A stretch of DNA of 64,000 nt from Macrostomum lignano (lineage: Eukaryota), in contig NIVC01000741.1 of assembly GCA_002269645.1 (NCBI GenBank), forward strand, positions 323,206-387,205, read 5' to 3'. Below, piece after piece: positions 50,362 through 62,300 of the stretch. The notes below the pieces were generated by a model. That model searched no databases. It was not told where the DNA came from and saw only the letters and a list, made by a program, of their open reading frames with translations. The position numbers and the translations under genes were made by a program. The first letter of the stretch is position 1. Each line of letters begins with the position of its first letter.

Positions 50362-53300
50362 CTGAGGTGTCGTGACAGAAAAATTGTTACAAAAAATAAA
50401 TTTCTAGGTTAATATTTAAGCCGCTACTTACCAGAAGATCCAACGTTATCGACAATGACACCGCCCAGATCCGTCGCTTTAAGACTTTCAGAAAGAAGTT
50501 TAATAATAGCATCGGCCGTGTTTGTCAGCGTGTCTCGAACCACAAGGTTTCCACTGATAACAACACTTCCCGACTTAAACTGTAAGTTTACTGCATTTTG
50601 CAGTTCACCATTAAGCGAAGTTGACCTGGATGATTTCATAATGGTCTCGAAGGCGTAGTTAGCCAGCTGCTTGTAGCGCCAACTGTTCGGGTCTGCATAG
50701 TCATCGAACCACTGCAAATTTGAAAAGCGGAACGAGAACGGCACGGTCTTGACGTTCTTAAACACAGGCTGGTAGTTGGACGGACAGATGCAAGACGTCG
50801 TTGTGGGCGCAACAGTCGTAGTTGTAGTCGGAGTTGTAGTAGTGGTAGAGGTAGTCGTTGTTGTTGTGGTGCTTGTAGTTGGAGTAGTAGTAGTAGTTGT
50901 AGGGGTTGTAGAAGTCGTAGGAGTCGTTGTTGTAGATGTAGTAGTCGACGTTGTAGAAGTCGTCGTTGTCGACGTCGTTACAGGTTGAGTTTGACAGGCC
51001 GTAGACAGAGGCGCGAAACAGCCCTCAAGGCTCAGGAAGAATAAATAATTCGTTTCCAGCGACGAGCTGTTCAGTAGTGCGACTGGCGTGATTGCAATTC
51101 CTGTCGCGTTTGCTCCCAGAGTTATGCAAAGAGGAGTCAACGAAGACGAGACAGATACCAAATTGGATTCCAAGACAAGATCAAACCGACCGGTCGGATA
51201 AGTCGTCTGGGTAGACACTGTTACCTGCCTTACATTTCCTGTCACACAAACTCTCGTTAGGTATGTAGGAACAGGATTACATCCTCCAGCTGTCAAATCT
51301 ATGATAAGATCTCGTCTCGGACTCACTGGCATCTCGTATCGACCAGTTACATAAGTGGCGCCGGTAATGGCCCAATCAGGTATGTACTTTCTATCACTAA
51401 GGCCATTGAGTGCTGGACAAATTGTAGGCTTGACAGTAGTTGTAGACGTTGTTGTCGTTGACGTTGTCGTAGGAGTTGTAGTTGTGCTGGTAGTTGTAGG
51501 TGTTGTGGTGGTTGTTGAAGTAGTCGTCGGTGTTGTGGTAGTGCTACTAGTTTTCAAAGTTGTTGCGGTGGTTGTTGAAGTAGTGGTCGGAGTAGTAGTA
51601 GTAGTAGATGTTGTCGTAGTCAAGCAAATGTCTGGAACTCTTGTGAAGCAGCCGTTGATGATGAGGTACATCTGGAAATTTGTGCTCGTCGCTGAAGCTG
51701 TCTTAAGCGTGCGCGGCAAAATGATGAACTGAGCTACTGGAAAGCCGATGTCAAAGCACAGATCCGCCGCAGTGTCTGAGGATACCAAGCTAGCAAGATT
51801 TTGGAAAGGTGCCGCATAGAACTGCTTGTATCGAATCGTAGCCTCTCTAACGTTTCCGGAGAGACACAACTAGAAATTGTTGAAGAAAGAGACATTAATT
51901 TCTATTCTCAAACGGCAATCATATACCTAAAATTTGACCAGCTTTTTAAAGCTTACCCTATCAACATATATAGCAGTACGACAGTTTCTGACAGTAATAT
52001 CCACAGTCAAATATCCATCCGTTCCAGTGCGAATATTGAAGCCAGTAGCGTCGCTAAAGCTGGTGGCCCCTGTGATGGAATCCATCGGTAGCAGCAATGG
52101 GTCCGTCAGAGCATTAACCATTGGACAGACTAAAAATAAAGTTTAAAGAATACGAGTATTACACATAATTACCACAGATAATTCAGGGATGATAAGCAGC
52201 GAAGTCAAATGAAGCCAAAGAACAACTTTTCTTTGGGAAATATTAGTGCGAGAAACACAAAACAGGCCTGTTCGAGCGGCCGGCTAAATTTGTCATTCTT
52301 TTTCTTCACTTACAAGTGGTTCCAACAGTAGTAGTGGTCGTGGGGGTCGTGGTGGTTGTAGCTGCACTTGTGGTCGTGCTTGACGTGGTTGTGCTAGTGC
52401 TTGTCGTCGTGCTGGTCGTTGTGCTGGTTGTTGGAGTGCATCCTGGAATCGGCATGAAGCAGCCATACACCGACAGGAAGAAGTTGTAAGTGCTAGATCC
52501 GGTGGCTGCAGAAGACTTCAGTTCCTTCGGTGCGATGATGATAGAGCTCACGTTGAAGTTCAGGTCGTAGCACAGCAGTCCTGGACCGTCTTGAATAATA
52601 GTTGTGGACTGAACCAGTGGCAGGTAGGGCACCGATGCCGATGTCTGGTAGATGAGGTCAGCTTTCTTTACATTGCCACCGATAAGACAAACCTAAAATG
52701 CATGAAAATTTCGATTAGAGATTGAATCTTGACAAGCTTTCACTGACAAATAAAATAACAATGCTACAGAGCCTAATTGTACCTGTGTGATATATTCTGG
52801 TCTGCGGCAGTTGTTGGATGTCAAATCGATGAAAAGTCCTTCGCCGGGTGCTCTAGACATTGTGTAGCCCAAGACAGAAGAGAATGTTGCTCCACTGATG
52901 GCCCAGGAAGGCAGCAACGATGGATCAGCGATCGCATCGACAGCAGGACAAACTAAAAGTAATTACCGCGATTCAGATGACACTAGATTCAGCAAACTAA
53001 CGAAGAAGTAAAATTTGACTTTACTCGTGTAAGTTGCTTACAAGTTGGTTTAGGGGTAGTAGAAGTAGTGGTTGTTGATGTGGTCGAGGTAGTTGGCGTA
53101 GTTGTAGCAGTCGACGAGGTGGTCGCTGTAGTTGTAGAACTTGTTGATGTTGTCAATGTGCTTGAAGTTGGAGTAGAGGTCGAAGTTGTTGGAGATTTAG
53201 TCGATGCGCTGGTTGTTGGAGTCGTCGTTGTGGGTGTTGCAGTCGTCGTACTCGTTGTCGTTGAAGTCGTGGTTGAAGTTGTCGTTGGAGTAGTAGTTGT

Positions 53301-56300
53301 GGTGGTAGTCGTTGGAGTCGTGAGGCAGGCGCCTGTTAGCGGCGTGAAGCAGGCATCGACTCTAACAAAGAAATTGAACATACTTTCGGTCGAGAACGAT
53401 TTGAGTCGCAGAGGCACAATTGCTATTTTAGCTACAGTCTCTTTGTTGAGAACTGTGTAGCACCACGGACTCGTAGTGTCAACTGAGATGCTCGAAGCAG
53501 ACAAATCAGGCGAGTACTTTTCAGTGCTTAATCTTGCAAACAGCAAGTTGGCTTCTCGCACGTTACCAATCAGACAAATCTGAAAGAATAAGCGGACATT
53601 CCAGTGTATGGAAACATGTGAGGAAAATATAGTTCAAGACACGTCATAAATGACATACAAACGCGTACCCTATCAACGACTATTGGCGGCCGACATGAGT
53701 TTACAGTCAGATCAATCTCAAGGCTTCCGTTCTTCAGAGGAAGTCTGTAGCCATAGAATGGGTCGTATTCTCCACCAGTTACAGCGAATGAAGGAATCAA
53801 GTTGGACTGGTAGAAGCCGTCAATAGCACAAGACGTTGTGGTTTCCAGTGTTGTGGTCAGAGTAGTTCTTGTTGTCGTCGATGTCGTAGTGCTGGTCGTT
53901 GGAGTCGTCGTAGTGGTAGTTGTAGTCGGTGTAGTTGTAGTAGTGCTTGTTGTAACAGTAGTCGGCGTGGTCGGCGTTGTAGTAGTTGTAGTCGTGCTGG
54001 TAGTGCTGGTGCTGGTCGTTGTGGTCGGCGTGGTCAGACACGTGGAGTTAAGAGGATTGATGCAGGCCATGAGAGACACGAAGAACTGGTACTCGGTTGA
54101 GTTGTAGCCAGGCTTTGTAGCTTGAGGAACAATCATTAGTTCAGAGGTGAGTCTATTAAGATCATAGCACAGAGGATCTCCAGTTGAAGAAGTCTTTCCT
54201 GGCGTGTTGAAGTCGGGTACCAGTTTGTCGCTGGTTGGCTCTCGGATCAAGATTTGTGCATTGAACACGTTTCCAGCGATGCACAGCTGCAATCACAATC
54301 GTTGACGATTAGTTAGATTAATGTTATATACGAGCGTAGTTACTAAGCGAGTAAGCATATCCATATCGAAAACAGGAATACAACATCTAAACTTTACCCT
54401 TGAAATCACAGCAGCGGGTCGGCAGCCAAAGACAGTAAGATCGATTTTCAATGCGGCTTTGAGGGGAAGAATGTATCCAAAAAGCTCTCTGTATGTGCCA
54501 CCAGTGACTGCGAATGATGGCAGCAAGTCCGAGCGACTGAAGGCATCAACGAGGCATGCTGAAAATCAAGTAGTCAGTTTGCACAAATGATTAATCGCAT
54601 CTTGTAAGCTGGGTTTCCAAAGAAACTCGAGAACTAAAACTAAAAAGTTTCTTTTTAAACGTTGTTTTAACTTACAAGTAGTAGTAGTCGGGGTTGTTAT
54701 TGTAGTTGTTGGAGTCGTCGTCACAGTCGTGGTGGGCGTAGTTGTAGTTGTAGTAGTGGTAGGTGTAGTTGTTGTAGTGGAAGTCGAAGAGGTGCTTGTC
54801 GATGTTGGCGTTGTTGTAGTTGTAGATGACGTTGGTAGAGTAGTTGGCGTTGTGGTTGTTGAAGTTGTTGTTGGTGTACTTGTTGTGCTTGTTGACGTAC
54901 TTGTGGTAGGCGTGGTAGTTGCTGTGGTTGTCGTGGTTGTAGTCGTTGTGGTTGTTGGTGTTGTTTGACATGTGTCGTTAAGCGGCAAAAAGCAAGCTCG
55001 TATAGTCAAGAAAAACTGATAGTTCGTTGCAGGAGCTCGAAGAGCAGTAGGCTTGACTTGGAGCTCAACCATGTCGATGTTCAAATTGTAGCACAGTTGA
55101 GAGCTACTAGTTTCATAGTTTATTGAGTCGGCGAAGATAACCGGATAGTCGGAATATGTTCTTCGATATATTACGTTTGCCATCTTCACATTACCTCCAA
55201 TTAGACAAACCTGTAATAATGAGAATCAGGGAAGCCGTGCCGGTTTTGATGAACCAAAAATGTTTAGTAGTGACTTAAAACTGACCTGCGCTTTTCCTAG
55301 AATCTTATTTATTTTTCTAGTGTTGAAGCTACCTACATAACAAAGGCACTACAGTGCAAAAGCAAAATAAAATATAACAAAATTGTGGTTTAATAGACTT
55401 TCACTGTTAAGCCAGAGAAGATTAAAAATAAAAGCTGCGTCATCTTTCGTTGTACCCTATTATACATACCTGATAAACAGTCAAGGCTCCCCGGCATCCA
55501 CGAGCTGTGAGGTCAATCGCTATGTATCCACCGCTGGAAACTGGAATGTTCCAGCCAGTAGCGCCGTCAAACGTCGCACCAGTGATCGTAAATTGCGGCA
55601 AGTACACAGGACTCGATAAACCATTAACGACGGGACAAACTGTAATGAACGTGAAAATGTCTTATTTATTAAGTTATTAATACACTACTTCTCGAATACA
55701 GCTCTCAATAACAATTGAGCACTTAAAAGAATCATGTAACGATCTATTTACTTGTTGTGGGCACTGTTGTAGTACTTGTACTTGTCAGAGTAGTTGTAGT
55801 GGTAGTGGTCGACGTTGTCGGCGTAGTTGTGTGTGGTTGTTGTGGGTGTTGTAGTTGTTGTAGTGGTCGTTGTTGTCGGAGTTGTCAAGCAGGTATTATT
55901 CAAAGGTGTGAAGCAAGCCTTGATTGTGATGTAAGCTCGAAATGCCGTGTCGGAGCTGAAAGCGCTCTTCAACTGTTGCGGTGAGATGCGCACACCAGTG
56001 AGCATCATTCCTGTAGGCGGAGTGAAGCACAACGGATCGGAAACCCCAGTAGCTGACTGGCTTGCAGACGGAAGATTCGGACTGAATGGTCCTCCGTATG
56101 TAGTTTGATACAGGATGTAGGAACTCTGAATGTTTCCTAGTAGACAAATCTGCAAAAACCGTTGTGTGGTACACAATGTGCATTGTCTAGTGGTATGTCT
56201 GAAATGTATTAGCAAAGTGTCACGTTGTAACGAAATTCCTGCTCAATACTCACGCTCTCAACAGTAATTGGCATGCGGCAGCCAAACACGGAGATGTCCA

Positions 56301-59300
56301 CTGTCATTGCGTAGGTACCACCAGTTCGAATCATGTACCCTGAAACAGTGTAATTGGCTCCACTGACTGCAAATGATGGAATAAAGCGCTCATCCGACAA
56401 GCCATCAACTGCACATGAAGGCGTAGTTGTAGTAGCAGTGGTCGTTGTGCTCGTCGTCGTGCTCGTCGTTGATGTCGACGTGGTGGGTGTAGTTGTCGCT
56501 GTTGATGTTGTCGTCGGTGTAGTCGCAGTCGTTGTTGTGCTCGTCGAAGTGGTTGGTGTTGAAGTTGTCGTTGAGGTAGTCGTCGTAGTACACGATACTG
56601 GCAGAGGAGTGAAACAGGCCTCGATGGAAAGGAAAAACTGATACAACGAATCGCCTGAGGCTGCGCTTTTAAACTCTTTCGGAACAATTCTCAGCTCGGA
56701 AATGGGAAGCATTGGGTAGTAGCACAGCGGTGTAGCAGTGTCACTTGTATTGTACAGCGACTGCTCGAAGAAGTCCCAGTAGAGGGTGGAGCCTTGACGG
56801 ATGATAAGATCAGCTCGTTTTACATTACCGCCGAACAGACAAATCTAAAACGGAACGCATCTAATTTTAGCATTTGAAATTGCTATTTTATTTAAATATC
56901 AAGAAAAGAACAAGTTACATACCCTATTAATTAGGATCGGTGTGCGGCAACCGGATACAGAAATGTCCACATAGACGCCTTCCACTGAGCCTCTGGGTAC
57001 ATTATATCCTGTTAACGGATTATAACTAGGAGCATTGATAGAAGAACTAGGAATCAAGACGCCGTTGAGTCCGTTCACCAAACAGGATGTTGTTGTCGAC
57101 GGAGTGGTTGTAGTAGTGCTAGTTGCTGTTGTGGTCGATGTCGGCGTTGTGCTAGTAGTTGTGGGAGTTGTTGTTGTGGATGAAGTAGTCGACGTTGTAG
57201 AAGTCGTTACAGGTTGAGTTTGACAGGCCGTAGACAGAGGCGCGAAACAGCCCTCAAGGCTCAGGAAGAATAAATAATTCGTTTCCAGCGACGAGCTGTT
57301 CAGTAGTGCGACTGGCGTGATTGCAATTCCTGTCGCGTTTGCTCCCAGAGTTATGCAAAGAGGAGTCAACGAAGACGAGACAGATACCAAATTGGATTCC
57401 AAGACAAGATCGAAACCGACCGGTCGGATAAGTCGTCTGGGTAGACACTGTTACCTGCCTTACATTTCCTGTCACACAAACTCTCGTTAGGTATGTAGGA
57501 ACAGGATTACATCCTCCAGCTGTCAAATCTATGATAAGATCTCGTCTCGGACTCACTGGCATCTCGTATCGACCAGTTACATAAGTGGCGCCGGTAATGG
57601 CCCAATCAGGTATGTACTTTCTATCACTAAGGCCATTGAGTGCTGGACAAATTGTAGGCTTGACAGTAGTTGTAGACGTTGTTGTCGTTGACGTTGTCGT
57701 AGGAGTTGTAGTTGTGCTGGTAGTTGTAGGTGTTGTAGTGGTTGTTGAAGTAGTCGTCGGTGTTGTGGTAGTGCTACTAGTTTTCAAAGTTGTTGCGGTG
57801 GTTGTTGAAGTAGTGGTCGGAGTAGTAGTAGTAGTAGATGTTGTCGTAGTCAAGCAAATGTCTGGAACTCTTGTGAAGCAGCCGTTGATGATGAGGTACA
57901 TCTGGAAATTTGTGCTCGTCGCTGAAGCTGTCTTAAGCGTGCGCGGCAAAATGATGAACTGAGCTACTGGAAAGCCGATGTCAAAGCACAGATCCGCCGC
58001 AGTGTCTGAGGATACCAAGCTAGCAAGATTTTGGAAAGGTGCCGCATAGAACTGCTTGTATCGAATCGTAGCCTCTCTAACGTTTCCGGAGAGACACAAC
58101 TAGAAATTGTTGAAGAAAGAGACATTAATTTCTATTCTCAAACGGCAATCATATACCTAAAATTTGACCAGCTTTTTAAAGCTTACCCTATCAACATATA
58201 TAGCAGTACGACAGTTTCTGACAGTAATATCCACAGTCAAATATCCATCCGTTCCAGTGCGAATATTGAAGCCAGTAGCGTCGCTAAAGCTGGTGGCCCC
58301 TGTGATGGAATCCATCGGTAGCAGCAATGGGTCCGTCAGAGCATTAACCATTGGACAGACTAAAAATAAAGTTTAAAGAATACGAGTATTACACATAATT
58401 ACCACAGATAATTCAGGGATGATAAGCAGCGAAGTCAAATGAAGCCAAAGAACAACTTTTCTTTGGGAAATATTAGTGCGAGAAACACAAAACAGGCCTG
58501 TTCGAGCGGCCGGCTAAATTTGTCATTCTTTTTCTTCACTTACAAGTGGTTCCAACAGTAGTAGTGGTCGTGGGGGTCGTGGTGGTTGTAGCTGCACTTG
58601 TGGTCGTGCTTGACGTGGTTGTGCTAGTGCTTGTCGTCGTGCTGGTCGTTGTGCTGGTTGTTGGAGTGCATCCTGGAATCGGCATGAAGCAGCCATACAC
58701 CGACAGGAAGAAGTTGTAAGTGCTAGATCCGGTGGCTGCAGAAGACTTCAGTTCCTTCGGTGCGATGATGATAGAGCTCACGTTGAAGTTCAGGTCGTAG
58801 CACAGCAGTCCTGGACCGTCTTGAATAATAGTTGTGGACTGAACCAGTGGCAGGTAGGGCACCGATGCCGATGTCTGGTAGATGAGGTCAGCTTTCTTTA
58901 CATTGCCACCGATAAGACAAACCTAAAATGCATGAAAATTTCGATTAGAGATTGAATCTTGACAAGCTTTCACTGACAAATAAAATAACAATGCTACAGA
59001 GCCTAATTGTACCTGTGTGATGTATTCTGGTCTGCGGCAGTTGTTGGATGTCAAATCGATGAAAAGTCCTTCGCCGGGTGCTCTAGACATTGTGTAGCCC
59101 AAGACAGAAGAGAATGTTGCTCCACTGATGGCCCAGGAAGGCAGCAACGATGGATCAGCGATCGCATCGACAGCAGGACAAACTAAAAGTAATTACCGCG
59201 ATTCAGATGACACTAGATTCAGCAAACTAACGAAGAAGTAAAATTTGACTTTACTCGTGTAAGTTGCTTACAAGTTGGTTTAGGGGTAGTAGAAGTAGTG

Positions 59301-62300
59301 GTTGTTGATGTGGTCGAGGTAGTTGGCGTAGTTGTAGCAGTCGACGTGGTGGTCGCTGTAGTTGTAGAACTTGTTGATGTTGTCAATGTGCTTGAAGTTG
59401 GAGTAGAGGTCGAAGTTGTTGGAGATTTAGTCGATGCGCTGGTTGTTGGAGTCGTCGTTGTGGGTGTTGTAGTCGTCGTACTCGTTGTCGTTGAAGTCGT
59501 GGTTGAAGTTGTCGTTGGAGTAGTAGTTGTGGTGGTAGTCGTTGGAGTCGTGAGGCAGGCGCCTGTTAGCGGCGTGAAGCAGGCATCGACTCTAACAAAG
59601 AAATTGAACATACTTTCGGTCGAGAACGATTTGAGTCGCAGAGGCACAATTGCTATTTTAGCTACAGTCTCTTTGTTGAGAACTGTGTAGCACCACGGAC
59701 TCGTAGTGTCAACTGAGATGCTCGAAGCAGACAAATCAGGCGAGTACTTTTCAGTGCTTAATCTTGCAAACAGCAAGTTGGCTTCTCGCACGTTACCAAT
59801 CAGACAAATCTGAAAGAATAAGCGGACATTCCAGTGTATGGAAACATGTGAGGAAAATATAGTTCAAGACACGTCATAAATGACATACAAACGCGTACCC
59901 TATCAACGACTATTGGCGGCCGACATGAGTTTACAGTCAGATCAATCTCAAGGCTTCCGTTCTTCAGAGGAAGTCTGTAGCCATAGAATGGGTCGTATTC
60001 TCCACCAGTTACAGCGAATGAAGGAATCAAGTTGGACTGGTAGAAGCCGTCAATAGCAAGACGTTGTGGTTTCCAGTGTTGTGGTCAGAGTAGTTCTTGT
60101 TGTCGTCGATGTCGTAGTGCTGGTCGTTGGAGTCGTCGTAGTGGTAGTTGTAGTCGGTGTAGTTGTAGTAGTGCTTGTTGTAACAGTAGTCGGCGTGGTC
60201 GGCGTTGTAGTAGTTGTAGTCGTGCTGGTAGTGCTGGTGCTGGTCGTTGTGGTCGGCGTGGTCAGACACGTGGAGTTAAGAGGATTGATGCAGGCCATGA
60301 GAGACACGAAGAACTGGTACTCGGTTGAGTTGTAGCCAGGCTTTGTAGCTTGAGGAACAATCATTAGTTCAGAGGTGAGTCTATTAAGATCATAGCACAG
60401 AGGATCTCCAGTTGAAGAAGTCTTTCCTGGCGTGTTGAAGTCGGGTACCAGTTTGTCGCTGGTTGGCTCTCGGATCAAGATTTGTGCATTGAACACGTTT
60501 CCAGCGATGCACAGCTGCAATCACGATCGTTGACGATTAGTTAGATTAATGTTATATACGAGCGTAGTTACTAAGCGAGTAAGCATATCCATGTCGAAAA
60601 CAGGAATACAACATCTAAACTTTACCCTTGAAATCACAGCAGCGGGTCGGCAGCCAAAGACAGTAAGATCGATTTTCAATGCGGCTTTGAGGGGAAGAAT
60701 GTATCCAAAAAGCTCTCTGTATGTGCCACCAGTGACTGCGAATGATGGCAGCAAGTCCGAGCGACTGAAGGCATCAACGAGGCATGCTGAAAATCAAGTA
60801 GTCAGTTTGCACAAATGATTAATCGCATCTTGTAAGCTGGGTTTCCAAAGAAACTCGAGAACTAAAACTAAAAAGTTTCTTTTTAAACGTTGTTTTAACT
60901 TACAAGTAGTAGTAGTCGGGTTGTTATTGTAGTTGTTGGAGTCGTCGTCACAGTCGTGGTGGGCGTAGTTGTAGTTGTAGTAGTGGTAGGTGTAGTTGTT
61001 GTAGTGGAAGTCGAAGAGGTGCTTGTCGATGTTGGCGTTGTTGTAGTTGTAGATGACGTTGGTAGAGTAGTTGGCGTTGTGGTTGTTGAAGTTGTTGTTG
61101 GTGTACTTGTTGTGCTTGTTGACGTACTTGTGGTAGGCGTGGTAGTTGCTGTGGTTGTCGTGGTTGTAGTCGTTGTGGTTGTTGGTGTTGTTTGACATGT
61201 GTCGTTAAGCGGCAAAAAGCAAGCTCGTATAGTCAAGAAAAACTGATAGTTCGTTGCAGGAGCTCGAAGAGCAGTAGGCTTGACTTGGAGCTCAACCATG
61301 TCGATGTTCAAATTGTAGCACAGTTGAGAGCTACTAGTTTCATAGTTTATTGAGTCGGCGAAGATAACCGGATAGTCGGAATATGTTCTTCGATATATTA
61401 CGTTTGCCATCTTCACATTACCTCCAATTAGACAAACCTGTAATAATGAGAATCAGGGAAGCCGTGCCAGTTTTGATGAACCAAAAATGTTTAGTAGTGA
61501 CTTAAAACTGACCTGCGCTTTTCCTAGAATCTTATTTATTTTTCTAGTGTTGAAGCTACCTACATAACAAAGGCACTACAGTGCAAAAGCAAAATAAAAT
61601 ATAACAAAATTGTGGTTTAATAGACTTTCACTGTTAAGCCAGAGAAGATTAAAAATAAAAGCTGCGTCATCTTTCGTTGTACCCTATTATACATACCTGA
61701 TAAACAGTCAAGGCTCCCCGGCATCCACGAGCTGTGAGGTCAATCGCTATGTATCCACCGCTGGAAACTGAATGTTCCAGCCAGTAGCGCCGTCAAACGT
61801 CGCACCAGTGATCGTAAATTGCGGCAAGTACACAGGACTCGATAAACCATTAACGACGGGACAAACTGTAATGAACGTGAAAATGTCTTATTTATTAAGT
61901 TATTAATACACTACTTCTCGAATACAGCTCTCAATAACAATTGAGCACTTAAAAGAATCATGTAACGATCTATTTACTTGTTGTGGGCACTGTTGTAGTA
62001 CTTGTACTTGTCAGAGTAGTTGTAGTGGTAGTGGTCGACGTTGTCGGCGTAGTTGTGTGGTTGTTGTGGGTGTTGTAGTTGTTGTAGTGGTCGTTGTTGT
62101 CGGAGTTGTCAAGCAGGTATTATTCAAAGGTGTGAAGCAAGCCTTGATTGTGATGTAAGCTCGAAATGCCGTGTCGGAGCTGAAAGCGCTCTTCAACTGT
62201 TGCGGTGAGATGCGCACACCAGTGAGCATCATTCCTGTAGGCGGAGTGAAGCACAACGGATCGGAAACCCCAGTAGCTGACTGGCTTGCAGACGGAAGAT

